Positions 1 to 9,153 of a DNA stretch of 64,000 nt are shown one piece after another. Within the stretch, counting starts at the first letter, position 1, and each line of letters begins with the position of its first letter. The translations under genes were made by a program, and so were the position numbers. Origin of the DNA: an uncultured Gammaproteobacteria bacterium (GTDB lineage: Bacteria > Patescibacteriota > Patescibacteriia > Patescibacteriales > GWE2-39-37); contig CAYUCS010000003.1 of assembly GCA_964443495.1 (NCBI GenBank), positions 132,031 to 196,030 on the forward strand. The letters run 5' to 3'. The notes under the pieces were generated by a model. That model was not told the origin of the DNA, searched no databases, and saw only the letters and a program-made list of their open reading frames with translations.

Positions 1-1
1 T

Positions 2-811
2 GGTGAAAAATATGTGGCCGACCTGCACATCTCTCCCGTTTATGATGAAGATAACGAAATCAGCGTGTATATCTGGATCGAGCGCGACGTCACCCGTTTG
101 AAGGAAATCGATCGTGCCAAGACCGAATTCGTTTCCTTGGCCTCGCACCAGCTGAGAACGCCGATTGCCAGCATCAGCTTGTCGGCCGAGCTGCTTCTCC
201 GTGATATCGGAGGAAAGCTTGAGCCGAAGCAGCGCCAATATGTCGAAGAGATTTTCCAGCAGGGACAGCAGATGTCAGAGCTGGTCGATACGCTCTTGAA
301 TGTGTCCAGGATAGAGCTCGGCACTTTCTTCGGAGAAAAGAACGATTTTGACTTAATAGGCCGCGTCAAGCAGATCGCCGCCCCCCTGGCGAAGCAAGCG
401 GGCAAGAAGGCCATAAGATTCCAGGAAAGATATTTCTCGGAAGCGTTAGATGTCAATTTTGATAAGAATGCTTTGACCATGATCGTTGAGAACCTTCTTT
501 CCAACGCGGTCCATTATACGCCGGAAAAGGGCTCGATCATTTTGGCCGTAAATATCAAGGATGACGAATTGGTCATTTCCGTCAGCGATACCGGACGAGG
601 CATCGCTGCGGCCGATCATGCCAAGGTGTTCAGCAAATTTTTTCGGTCCGACCTTGCGCAGCAAAACCGGAGCAAAGGCACGGGCTTGGGGTTGTATATA
701 GTCAAGTCGCTTGTCGAGAAGACTAGCGGAAGAATTTGGTTCGATTCCGTTGAAGGTTTGGGATCGACCTTCTATGTCGCTTTTCCCAAAAAAGAACTGG
801 GGCTGAAATAG
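2..811 (+). CDS. Sensor histidine kinase, C-terminal part (5' end lies outside the window)
   Basis: The frame is open from the window edge; the M at 14 is an internal GTG. HisKA H-box SLASHQLRTPIASI is followed by HATPase_c boxes LLSNAVHYTP, DTGRGI and GTGLGLYIV. Confidence 0.9.
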   Translation, partial: GEKYVADLHISPVYDEDNEISVYIWIERDVTRLKEIDRAKTEFVSLASHQLRTPIASISLSAELLLRDIGGKLEPKQRQYVEEIFQQGQQMSELVDTLLNVSRIELGTFFGEKNDFDLIGRVKQIAAPLAKQAGKKAIRFQERYFSEALDVNFDKNALTMIVENLLSNAVHYTPEKGSIILAVNIKDDELVISVSDTGRGIAAADHAKVFSKFFRSDLAQQNRSKGTGLGLYIVKSLVEKTSGRIWFDSVEGLGSTFYVAFPKKELGLK

Positions 812-837
812 CCCCAGTTCTTATATTTGTTTGATGT

Positions 838-1506
838 TCAGGCGTTTAGGCGATAGCCGACACCGTGTACCGTTTCGACCAACTGGCCATGGTCGTTTAT
901 TTTTTTTCTGAGATTTGTGATATGGACATCGACTACGTTGCTGAACGAGTCAAAGGCGAAATCCCATACGTTACCCAAGATTTGGTCACGAGTCAGCACC
1001 TGGTTCGGGTGCCGCATCATGTATTCGAGCAGGCTGAATTCCTTGAGCGTCAACTTTATTTCTTGGCCATTCCTGAAAGCTTTCTTCGCCCCGGTATCAA
1101 GCTTCATGTCTTTGACTCGCATCTCGGTGGGCAAGACCGTGCTCGGGCGCCTCAGTATGGCCCTGATTCTGGCTAGAAGGATCTCGAAAGAAAAAGGCTT
1201 TACCAGGTAGTCATCGGCCCCGTAATTCAACCCGGTAATTATATCTTCTTGGCTGTCCTTGGCGGTTAGCATTAGCACTGGGGTGTGGATATGCTGCTCC
1301 CTGATGTTTTTGCATACTGTCAGTCCGTCGCGCTTGGGCAGCATCAAGTCCAAAAGGATCAGATCGTAATCCTCGTGGTTCAGTTCTATTCTGAGCTGTG
1401 CCGACTCGCCATCTTCAAGCCAGTCGACGGCAAAGCCTTCGTTTTCAAGACCATCCTTGACCAGCTTGCCGATGCTTGCCTGATCCTCAATCAATAGAAT
1501 TCGCAT
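838..1506 (-). CDS. OmpR-family response regulator (receiver plus winged-helix)
   Basis: Receiver motifs MRILLIEDQ, DLILLDLMLP and DDYLVKPF. C-terminal winged-helix trans_reg_C (LTLKEFSLLEYMMRHPNQVLTRDQIL, VHGVGYRL). Convergent with the kinase. Confidence 0.93.
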   Translation of the reverse strand: MRILLIEDQASIGKLVKDGLENEGFAVDWLEDGESAQLRIELNHEDYDLILLDLMLPKRDGLTVCKNIREQHIHTPVLMLTAKDSQEDIITGLNYGADDYLVKPFSFEILLARIRAILRRPSTVLPTEMRVKDMKLDTGAKKAFRNGQEIKLTLKEFSLLEYMMRHPNQVLTRDQILGNVWDFAFDSFSNVVDVHITNLRKKINDHGQLVETVHGVGYRLNA

Positions 1507-1566
1507 AAATTTAATTTTGCCTATGCTTTAAACGTAGGATATCGGCCAGGAGGTGTCAATAGATGC

Positions 1567-1773
1567 CTATTTTCTGGCTAGGTTCATGGCGATGGCGATG
1601 ACATAGACCGAAGATACCCCGACTATGGCGTAGATAACTCTGGACAGGGCAGTCATATCCCCGAAGAGCGTCGCAACCAAGTCGAATTTAAATAATCCGA
1701 TCAGTCCCCAGTTCAGCCCTCCTACGATTACAAGGACGAGCGCTGTCCAGTCTAGCGATGTTAAGCTTTTCAT
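1567..1773 (-). CDS. DUF378-family small membrane protein
   Basis: 68 aa with two TM helices and the family-typical VIVGGLNWGLIGLFKFDLVATLFG motif. Confidence 0.8.
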   Translation of the reverse strand: MKSLTSLDWTALVLVIVGGLNWGLIGLFKFDLVATLFGDMTALSRVIYAIVGVSSVYVIAIAMNLARK

Positions 1774-1853
1774 ACGATCACCTCCCCTCAGTTGATTTCG
1801 AGCCTTTCTGTCATTGTCTTCGGGTAGGATGAAGAAAGTATTAAGCTGTCCGG

Positions 1854-2525
1854 CTATTTGTTTTTTTCCTTTTCCTCCTTTGCGTAAGCAAAATATGAGT
1901 AGATGATCGGCACCAGGGCTACGACCAATACTATAAAAATCAGCACGGGCATCCTCCAGGAAACCGGAATGACAGTTTCGGCAAGCATCAACAGTCCGCC
2001 CAAAACGAACAGCTTGCCGGAAAGCCGATTTGTTTTATTCCACACGTTTTCGCTTGAGAGCGTCCAGGGAGTTCGTGCGCCGATAAACCAGTTGAGGCGG
2101 AGCTTGCTCATGTAATTGCCGATCAAAATAAATAGCACGCCAACCATGGCTGGCACCAAAGCGCCTATCGGCAGGTCATGCCCGATTCCGTTCAGGCCGA
2201 CCAAGAAATAGAGCGCAACCATGAAACCGATAATCGTATTCTTAAAGATGTGATAGACGCGTCCGAATTCCTGATAGCGATCACGCTTGGGATCAAGCTC
2301 CGGGACGAATAGGAGCAGAAAATAGATCGCCGCTATCATTATCGGCATGAAGAATGCGGCAGTAAATGGCGAGCTCCAGCCATCGACTTGTCCGGAAACT
2401 CCCCAGTGGCTAGGCACGCGATCAGGGAAGTGGCCGTAAAAGTAGAAGCCTGACAATAAGGAAGCCATTATCATGGCTATGGGCAGCCACTCTGTCCGCC
2501 AGCTGGCGTTGGTCGGGCTTGTCAT
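1854..2525 (-). CDS. SdpI/YfhL-like membrane protein (DUF1648 plus SdpI immunity-type domain)
   Basis: Polytopic protein. N-terminal FPDRVPSHWGVSGQVDGW motif is typical of DUF1648/SdpI proteins. It lies 4 nt downstream of an ArsR/SdpR-like gene. Confidence 0.7.
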   Translation of the reverse strand: MTSPTNASWRTEWLPIAMIMASLLSGFYFYGHFPDRVPSHWGVSGQVDGWSSPFTAAFFMPIMIAAIYFLLLFVPELDPKRDRYQEFGRVYHIFKNTIIGFMVALYFLVGLNGIGHDLPIGALVPAMVGVLFILIGNYMSKLRLNWFIGARTPWTLSSENVWNKTNRLSGKLFVLGGLLMLAETVIPVSWRMPVLIFIVLVVALVPIIYSYFAYAKEEKEKNK

Positions 2526-2529
2526 ATGT

Positions 2530-2796
2530 TTATTTATTAATTTTGAAAAATGAAATGATTGCTTCGGCTAACTCCTCGAAGGCGCTAAGATTTATTGAGT
2601 AGATAATCTCTTGGCCTTGTCGGCGGGAAGCAATCAATCCAGCCTGCTTCAAGACGCTCAGATGGTGTGATAATGACGGGGCAGTAATAGGAAAGTTTTT
2701 GCCAAGATCGCCAGCTGAAAAGTCCTGTGTTTTAAGCAGTTCAAGAATTTGTCTCCTTGTCGGGTCTGATAGAGCAGAAAAGGTTTGGCTAAGCAT
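2530..2796 (-). CDS. ArsR/SdpR-like autorepressor (winged HTH)
   Basis: FSALSDPTRRQILELL ... APSLSHHLSVLKQAGLI is the ArsR-family HTH signature. 88 aa, first gene of a two-gene unit with the SdpI-like gene. Confidence 0.85.
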   Translation of the reverse strand: MLSQTFSALSDPTRRQILELLKTQDFSAGDLGKNFPITAPSLSHHLSVLKQAGLIASRRQGQEIIYSINLSAFEELAEAIISFFKINK

Positions 2797-2804
2797 AGTT
2801 TGAT

Positions 2805-2824
2805 ATTTAGATAACTATCTAAAT
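2805..2824. promoter_or_regulatory. Perfect 9-2-9 inverted repeat, candidate operator of the ArsR/SdpR-like repressor
   Basis: ATTTAGATA-AC-TATCTAAAT lies 9 nt upstream of the repressor ATG (2796, minus strand). Confidence 0.5.
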
Positions 2825-2857
2825 AATAGCGCATATGCGGAAATGGTCAAGTTATGG

Positions 2858-2886
2858 TTGACAAATGTATTTAAATATGGTATAAA
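2858..2886 (+). promoter_or_regulatory. Sigma70-like promoter for the small Cys-rich gene
   Basis: TTGACA (2858-2863), 17-nt spacer, TATAAA (2881-2886). GGAGG RBS at 2921-2925 precedes GTG 2932. Confidence 0.55.
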
Positions 2887-2931
2887 TAATATTATTTGCT
2901 AAATAACCAAGCCATCCAAGGGAGGTTTATC

Positions 2932-3219
2932 GTGAAATTTTCTGAAATAGTGGAACGGTTTAGCAGTTTTATTGAAAAGCTCCTTCAACCGGCGGCAGTA
3001 ATCCGGCCCAAGTCCAGTTGGCAGACTGAGCCCTTCTGTATCAATCACGGCTACGGCCTGCCTGGTTGCAAGAAGGTCGCAACACATGAAGCTTTCTGCG
3101 AAAGCAGAAGGGATAAAAAAATGAAGGTTGCGATCCGTTGTTGCACCAACCCCGAATGCCAGGAAAGGGCATCGGCAAAAGCCAAGGAAATGGTAATGAA
3201 AAGACCTAGCAGCCGCTAG
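2932..3219 (+). CDS. Small Cys-rich protein of unknown function (paralog of 45221..45586)
   Basis: The ORF-track frame starts at 2896. I prefer GTG 2932 because GGAGG lies 6 nt upstream. It shares the pattern C..C..K.K(V/I).I.CCT...CQ with the 45221 protein. Confidence 0.5.
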   Translation: MKFSEIVERFSSFIEKLLQPAAVIRPKSSWQTEPFCINHGYGLPGCKKVATHEAFCESRRDKKMKVAIRCCTNPECQERASAKAKEMVMKRPSSR

Positions 3220-3234
3220 GTCTTCTTTTATTTT
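3201..3234. terminator. Bidirectional hairpin terminator shared by convergent genes
   Basis: AAGACCTAGC-AGCC-GCTAGGTCTT is followed by CTTTTATTTT and overlaps both stop codons. Confidence 0.7.
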
Positions 3235-3644
3235 ATGCCGTGCTCTTTGAGGTGTCTGACGTATAGTTTGTCAACAGCATTCATGTGGTGCACGAGCCAG
3301 TCTTCGAGAAAGTCGATGAGTTCAAATGAAATTTCCATTTCATTGTGGTTAAGTTTTGCCTTGATGCTTGCAAGCTTGCTTTTGAAGTTGCGGTGTTCGG
3401 CGATATGGCTGTCGGTCTTAGGGTAGTTTGTCTTGCGAAAAAGGCGTTCCTCCGTGGCAAAATGTTTTTCGATGTAGGCCTCTAGCTTCTTAAATATTTC
3501 GACCAGCTTGGTTTCAGTCTTCTGAGCTTTTATGGCGTCGTAAAGCTCATCGATCGCCTTGACGAATTGGTGGTGCTGCTCGTCAATCTCGCGGAACCCG
3601 AGCGCGTATTTGCTTTCCCATTGTATTGGCATATATTTTGGCAA
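3228..3644 (-). CDS. Hemerythrin-like metal-binding protein (bacteriohemerythrin)
   Basis: WESKYALGFREIDEQHHQFV, HFATEERLF, HIAEHRNF and DWLVHHMNAVD are the hemerythrin His/Glu/Asp ligand motifs. Confidence 0.9.
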   Translation of the reverse strand: MPKYMPIQWESKYALGFREIDEQHHQFVKAIDELYDAIKAQKTETKLVEIFKKLEAYIEKHFATEERLFRKTNYPKTDSHIAEHRNFKSKLASIKAKLNHNEMEISFELIDFLEDWLVHHMNAVDKLYVRHLKEHGIK

Positions 3645-3724
3645 CGATTATGATTACATCATAACCCAAGCCCCAGGCTCGGGCAAGTTTTGCAAATTGT
3701 CGCCGTCATGGTTACAATTAAAAG

Positions 3725-6289
3725 ATGAACAATCAATCAATCGCCGCCATTGACTTCAAAAAGATCAAGGGACTCTCTGATGCGACTGCGGCTTCGCGCT
3801 TAATCGAGGAGGGACCGAATGTCTTGTCTGCCGAAAAGCAACGCAACTTGTTGCGCGTCGTCTTGGAGGTAATGACGGAACCGATGTTTTTTTTGCTGAT
3901 TGCCAGCAGCGCGATTTATTTTTGGCTCGGCGACACGCACGAAGCGCTGGTGCTTTTGTCGTCGGTCATTTTCGTGATATTTATCACGATTTATCAGGAG
4001 AACAAGACAGAAAAAGCGCTGCAGTCGTTGAAGGACTTGTCCAGTCCTCGGGCGATGGTCGTCAGGGGCGGTAAAACCAAGCGAATTGCCGGACACGAAG
4101 TGGTTCGCGGTGATGTTGTCGTTTTGAATGAGGGCGACCGCGTCCCGGCGGACGCCTTGGTTATGTGGTCAAATAATCTGGTGCTTAACGAATCGATTTT
4201 GACCGGCGAATCGATGCCGGTTTCCAAGGCAGTTGACAGCGAAGTGAAGGATATCCAATCTCCAGGAACGGAAAAATCAGCTAGCGTTTATGCCAGCACG
4301 CTGGTTGTCGGCGGTTCAGGCATCGCGCGCATCGTCAAGACGGCGAACAAGACCGAAGTCGGCAAGATCGGGGTTTCGTTGGCAAAGGTCGAACCTGAAA
4401 AGACCAGGTTGCAGCTGGAAATAAATAAATTGATAAGGTTTTTTGCGATTTATGGCTTGATCCTTTGTTTGAGCGTGGCGGTGATATACGGATTGAAACG
4501 AGCGGACTGGATGGGCGGCACCTTGGCGGGCATCTCTTTGGCGATGTCTGTTCTTCCGGAAGAATTTCCCGTCATTTTGACCGTATTCATGGCGCTTGGC
4601 GCTTGGCGCCTATCAAAGATAAACGTTTTGACTAGCCGTCAAAAGGTTATACAGGCTTTAGGCGGAATTACGGTGCTGTGCGTCGATAAGACCGGTACGC
4701 TGACCAAGAATCGGATGGACCTAGAGGTGGTTGACGACGGCAATGAGGCGATCGATGTCGCGTCTGCGGGACTTGCCGGCGCTTACTTCGAGCTTGTGGA
4801 GCTGGCAATGCTGGCGAGCCAGGAAAAACCGTTTGATCCATTGGAAAAATCTATCATCAAATTGCATCAGAAACACAGCATCAAGCAAGCAGGCTCACAG
4901 CGCAGCGATTGGGAACTGGTCCATGAATATCCGCTTTCACATGAGCTCTTATCCATTACTCACGTTTGGCGACGTCCCGGCCAAGATAAGTATTTGGTGG
5001 CGGCCAAGGGGGCGCCGGAAGCGATTATCGATCTTTGTCACCTCGAGGCAGATGTAGCCGAGGTGTGGATGGGGCGAGTACGCGCATTGGCGGCAAGAGG
5101 GTTGCGCGTGTTAGCGGTCGCTCAGGCAGATTATGAACGCATCCAGCTGCCGGAAGGACAGCACGAATTTCGATTCGAAATCGTCGGATTGCTGGGCTTT
5201 GCCGACCCGGTCAGGTCGGAAGTGCCGGCGGCGATAGCGAGCTGCCACCGTGCCGGCGTCAAGGTCGTGATGATTACCGGCGATTATCCGGAAACGGCGA
5301 TTAAGATCGCGCAGAAAATCGGTTTGGCTCGCGATCCTCGGGCAGTAACCGGACAGGAGCTTGCGGCCATGTCGGCCTCCGAGCTCAAGGGGCGCATCGC
5401 CGAAACGGACGTGTTTGCCCGTATCGCCCCGGAACAGAAGCTGCAGATTGTGAACGCGCTCAAGGACAAGGGGGAAATAGTCGGTATGACCGGTGACGGC
5501 GTCAATGATGCGCCAGCACTGAAGGCGGCGAATGTCGGCATCGCTATGGGGCTTCGGGGCACCGATGTCGCGCGAGAGGCGGCCGGCTTGGTTCTGCTTG
5601 ATGATGACTTCGCATCGATCGTCAAAGGCATCAACGCCGGTCGGCGGATTTATGATAATATCCGCAAGGCTGTGGTCTATGTTTTGGCTATCCATTTCCC
5701 GATTGCCGGTATAACGTTGTTGGCAGTGCTGGCCGGCTGGCCCTTGATGCTTTTGCCGGTTCACCTAGCCTTCCTGGAGCTGATTATAGACCCTGCATGC
5801 TCGATCGCTTTCGAGAACGAGCCGGCAGAGGATAATGCCATGTTGCGGCCGCCGCGGCATCCGGACAAGAAAACCCTGACAAAGCGGCTGATCAGGATCG
5901 CAGTCTTTCAGGGGATCTCGATGTTGGCATTTTTGGTAATCGTTTTCAAATTGGCCGGCTATACTGGCAAGACGGTCGAACAGGCCAGGGCGATGGTGTT
6001 TACGGCTTTGATCTTTGCCAACATCAGCTTGATCCTGGCCAATCGTTCTTGGTCTCGCTCGATCATCTCAAGCTTCGAGGTCAAGAATCGGGCAGCTTGG
6101 CTCGTGCTAGGCGGAAGCTTGCTGATCTTAGCCGTTACGATTTTCGTGCCGCAAATGAGCAAGCTTTTCCATTTCGACATGCCTGGCGGATTCGCTTTAT
6201 TGCTGGCCGCAGTCTTAGGCGGCAGCAGCGTGCTGTGGTTTGAGTTTTTAGAGAAGAAGCCTGGGCAGAAGCCGCTTGGTGATATATAA
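3725..6289 (+). CDS. P-type cation-transporting ATPase (type II, Ca2+/Mg2+-like)
   Basis: TGES, phosphorylation site CVDKTGTLT, MITGDYPETA, GMTGDGVNDAPALK, and about 10 TM segments. Confidence 0.93.
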   Translation: MNNQSIAAIDFKKIKGLSDATAASRLIEEGPNVLSAEKQRNLLRVVLEVMTEPMFFLLIASSAIYFWLGDTHEALVLLSSVIFVIFITIYQENKTEKALQSLKDLSSPRAMVVRGGKTKRIAGHEVVRGDVVVLNEGDRVPADALVMWSNNLVLNESILTGESMPVSKAVDSEVKDIQSPGTEKSASVYASTLVVGGSGIARIVKTANKTEVGKIGVSLAKVEPEKTRLQLEINKLIRFFAIYGLILCLSVAVIYGLKRADWMGGTLAGISLAMSVLPEEFPVILTVFMALGAWRLSKINVLTSRQKVIQALGGITVLCVDKTGTLTKNRMDLEVVDDGNEAIDVASAGLAGAYFELVELAMLASQEKPFDPLEKSIIKLHQKHSIKQAGSQRSDWELVHEYPLSHELLSITHVWRRPGQDKYLVAAKGAPEAIIDLCHLEADVAEVWMGRVRALAARGLRVLAVAQADYERIQLPEGQHEFRFEIVGLLGFADPVRSEVPAAIASCHRAGVKVVMITGDYPETAIKIAQKIGLARDPRAVTGQELAAMSASELKGRIAETDVFARIAPEQKLQIVNALKDKGEIVGMTGDGVNDAPALKAANVGIAMGLRGTDVAREAAGLVLLDDDFASIVKGINAGRRIYDNIRKAVVYVLAIHFPIAGITLLAVLAGWPLMLLPVHLAFLELIIDPACSIAFENEPAEDNAMLRPPRHPDKKTLTKRLIRIAVFQGISMLAFLVIVFKLAGYTGKTVEQARAMVFTALIFANISLILANRSWSRSIISSFEVKNRAAWLVLGGSLLILAVTIFVPQMSKLFHFDMPGGFALLLAAVLGGSSVLWFEFLEKKPGQKPLGDI

Positions 6290-6295
6290 AAAAAC

Positions 6296-6319
6296 CGCCA
6301 GGCCTTAAAGGGCCTGGCG
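6296..6319 (-). terminator. GC hairpin terminator (U-tract on the minus strand)
   Basis: CGCCAGGCC-TTAAAG-GGCCTGGCG. The minus-strand reading is followed by a T-run. It lies between the ATPase stop and the 6335 gene stop. Confidence 0.65.
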
Positions 6320-6334
6320 TAAGGGTGGGTTGGA

Positions 6335-6535
6335 TCAATGCAGGCCGTGGCGCCCGCAAACTCCATGCTCGTCGAGCGTGTTGCCGCATTCTCGGCACTG
6401 GTTCGGCCCGTGTACGGGCTTGTCCGGATCGCGCTCGATCAACCTGGGGCGTTCGTCCCGGAATGTGCCATGTGGCCCAAGATAGGGCATCCTGAAGGCA
6501 CCTCCGCGCTCCTGACAAATTTGACTCATAGACAA
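6335..6535 (-). CDS. Small hypothetical protein with Cys/His zinc-ribbon-like pattern
   Basis: AGGAGG lies 6 nt upstream of the ATG. 66 aa with C7, CRECGN and HGVCGRHG. High GC. No family recognised. Confidence 0.5.
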   Translation of the reverse strand: MSMSQICQERGGAFRMPYLGPHGTFRDERPRLIERDPDKPVHGPNQCRECGNTLDEHGVCGRHGLH

Positions 6536-6620
6536 CCTCCTTGCTGGGATAGAGTAAAGGGCTTGAAATTGATTAATTTATAGCATAAAAAGCCTATCGT
6601 GTCAAGGATGAATTGAAAAT

Positions 6621-7808
6621 TTAGGCTGAAATAAGGCAAAAAATCACCTTCAAATATTCTCCTTCAGCAAAACTGACCAACTGAGGATGGTCTATGCCGT
6701 GGGTGAAAGTTTCCAGCACTTGGAGGCTTTTTTTGTTTTTGGCGCCGGCTTCAAGCACGATCTTGCGGAGCTCTTCGAGGGATAGGTGCGCGGAGCATGA
6801 ACAGCTGACCAGGACCTGTCCTGGGTTGAGATTCTTGACCGCAAGGTCGTTGATATATTGGTAGCCGCGCAGGCCTTGGCGTTTTTTGTGGCGGTCTTTG
6901 ATGAAAGCTGGCGGATCAAGGATAATGACATCATGCCGGCCAGGCTCTAATGATTTCAAATATTCTTTGACGTCTTCGCAAATGAAATTCGCCCGAGAGT
7001 CGTCTAGTCCGTTCAATTCCAGATTTTTTCGAGCGAGATCAAGCGCTGCTTGCGAGACATCGACGCTCGTCACTTCGCTGGCGCCGCTCGCCAAGGCATA
7101 AAGCGAGAAGCCGCCGGTGTAAGAGAAGGTGTTGAGTACGTTTTTGCCAGCGGAATATTTTTTAAGAGCTTGCCGTTTGTCGCGCTGATCAAGGAAGAAG
7201 CCGGTCTTCTGGCCGTGCTTGATATCGACATGAAAGCGGATTCCGTTCTCCGATATCTCGACGAGATCGGGCACGCTGCCGTAAAGCAGTCCGGTCGCCT
7301 CGTCCATATTTTCGTCGCGTCGGCCTCGCGCATCGGAACGCTCGTAGATGCCAATCGGACCAAGTTCTTCTGTTAGGGCTTGGATAATCAGGTCCTTCCA
7401 GGCTTCGATGCCTCGAGTATGAAATTGAACAGCCAAATAATCGGCGTAGCGATCGACAATGAGACCGGGTAACAGGTCGTTTTCGCTATTGATCAGGCGG
7501 TAGGCATCGGTGTTTGTCGGCTCGACAAGCCGTTTCCTGATTGACAGCGCCCGTTCGATCCTATTTTTGAAAAATGATAAATCAATCCTTTCGCCTTCTT
7601 CATAGCTCCAGATGCGAACAGCAATCTGCGAGTAGCTGCCGAAATAGCCCTGCGCTAAAAAGCTGCCGCTGTGGTCAGTGACAATGATCGGCGTTCCAGG
7701 GGTAATGCCCTCGGGGATATTTTCCAATCCACCGGAAAAGATCCAGGGGTGGCGTCCGATGACAGGACCGAGCGCTTTATTTTTTACAGTCAGTTTGATT
7801 GTTTTCAT
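6621..7808 (-). CDS. SAM-dependent rRNA (cytosine-C5) methyltransferase, RlmI/YccW-like (PUA plus class I MTase)
   Basis: I start at M50 of the ORF-track frame (MKTIKLTVKNK..GRHPWIFSG), the usual N-terminus of this family. DVIILDPPAF and VLNTFSYTGGFS are SAM-MTase motifs. Confidence 0.8.
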   Translation of the reverse strand: MKTIKLTVKNKALGPVIGRHPWIFSGGLENIPEGITPGTPIIVTDHSGSFLAQGYFGSYSQIAVRIWSYEEGERIDLSFFKNRIERALSIRKRLVEPTNTDAYRLINSENDLLPGLIVDRYADYLAVQFHTRGIEAWKDLIIQALTEELGPIGIYERSDARGRRDENMDEATGLLYGSVPDLVEISENGIRFHVDIKHGQKTGFFLDQRDKRQALKKYSAGKNVLNTFSYTGGFSLYALASGASEVTSVDVSQAALDLARKNLELNGLDDSRANFICEDVKEYLKSLEPGRHDVIILDPPAFIKDRHKKRQGLRGYQYINDLAVKNLNPGQVLVSCSCSAHLSLEELRKIVLEAGAKNKKSLQVLETFTHGIDHPQLVSFAEGEYLKVIFCLISA

Positions 7809-7918
7809 GTGATTAATCCTAAGATGATTTTTTATTTTAGGCAATATGCCGACTTGCAAAGATTGCCATCTGCGGGTAGGATGATGATAAATCGATCTTT
7901 TGGAAAGGAGAAAAAAGC

Positions 7919-8374
7919 ATGATATTCCGAGGGGATACGGAGTTGTTTTTGCCAACCATGCAATGTGTCGGCTGTTATCTTGAACACGAAGAGGAAATTC
8001 TGCTTTTGCAGAAACGTGAAGATCATCCGCACTATCCGGGTAAATGGGGCGTGGTTGCTGGAAAAGTGGATTTTCAAGAACCTCCGCGCGCAGCGGTGGT
8101 GCGAGAAATTTGGGAAGAAACGGGCCAGGAAGCTATGGTTGAGCATTTGCGGAAAATCGACATGCTTCGAGTCATCCATCCGCATATTCGTTTTTTCTAT
8201 CACTTGTTCCACTTGAGATTCAGCGGCACACGGCCGCAAATCAGGCTAAGTCCGGAACATTGCCGCTCTCAATGGGCCGCCCCACGACAAGCAGTCGAAC
8301 TGGACCTTATTGAAGACGAGGCGGAAGTCATTAGTCTGTATTATGGCCTTAACGCAATCAAAGCCCGCACCTAG
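7919..8374 (+). CDS. NUDIX hydrolase
   Basis: Nudix box GKWGVVAGKVDFQEPPRAAVVREIWEETG. AGGAG RBS upstream of ATG 7919. Confidence 0.85.
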   Translation: MIFRGDTELFLPTMQCVGCYLEHEEEILLLQKREDHPHYPGKWGVVAGKVDFQEPPRAAVVREIWEETGQEAMVEHLRKIDMLRVIHPHIRFFYHLFHLRFSGTRPQIRLSPEHCRSQWAAPRQAVELDLIEDEAEVISLYYGLNAIKART

Positions 8375-8401
8375 GGCTTCTTTTTTTTGCAACTGATCGG
8401 A

Positions 8402-9148
8402 TTAAGCTTCGATTTTGGTGAAGAGGTAGGCTCCTACTCCGAAGACGAGAGCAGTGAGCGCTGAGAGTACGGCAAGGTCAGTTGCCAAGTGGAAGTGTGA
8501 CACGTTGACCAGGGTCATCCTTAAAGCGTCGATGCCGTAGGTTAGAGGGTTAAAGATGGAGATGGTTTTTAGGAAGGCTGGTGCGGAATCGAGCGGAAAC
8601 AGGGCACCGGACAGGAAGAAGAGCGGCATCACTAAGAAGTTCATAATGAGTTGGAAGCCCTGGAAATCATCAAGCGTGGCCGCGATGGCGGTGCCAAGGC
8701 CGGTAAATAGCAGTGCGATGATAAACATTACCAAGATAGCGGCTGGCAGCATGGCCAAGGAAAAAGGACGGAAGCCGACCAGCAGCGAAAGCGTCAAGAC
8801 GATTAGCCCTTGCATGGTAGCGATCGTCGCTCCCCCAAGGGTGCGGCCAATCATAATTTGGAGTCGAGGCACGGGCGCGACCAAGGTTTCCTTGAGAAAG
8901 CCGAATTGGCGGTCCCAGATGAGTTCGATGCCGGAAAAAATGCCGGTAAAGAGTACGGCTTGGCCGACTACTCCAGGCGCGATAAAGTTCATGTAACTGC
9001 CGCCGCCGGCTTTCGCAAAAATCGGGCCGAAACCGAAACCGAAGGCTACTAAGAACAAGAGCGGTTGGCCGATGGAGCCGATGATGCGCGAGCGGGAGCG
9101 TAGATAGCGCTTGATTTGCCTTAGCCAAAGGATGTAAATAGTGTTCAT
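8402..9148 (-). CDS. ABC-2 type transporter permease
   Basis: Six-TM ABC-2 architecture, immediately downstream of the ATPase gene (5-nt gap). Confidence 0.85.
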   Translation of the reverse strand: MNTIYILWLRQIKRYLRSRSRIIGSIGQPLLFLVAFGFGFGPIFAKAGGGSYMNFIAPGVVGQAVLFTGIFSGIELIWDRQFGFLKETLVAPVPRLQIMIGRTLGGATIATMQGLIVLTLSLLVGFRPFSLAMLPAAILVMFIIALLFTGLGTAIAATLDDFQGFQLIMNFLVMPLFFLSGALFPLDSAPAFLKTISIFNPLTYGIDALRMTLVNVSHFHLATDLAVLSALTALVFGVGAYLFTKIEA

Positions 9149-9153
9149 AAGGG

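Noticed and set aside
6621-7955. Long N-terminal extensions offered by the ORF track (also at 9154-10059, 10068-10634, 17160-18170, 57968-58219 and 61131-63095)
   Set aside because: The extensions add non-homologous residues ahead of family-typical N-termini and in some cases overlap neighbouring genes or promoters. I chose internal starts that match family N-termini and/or have an RBS.
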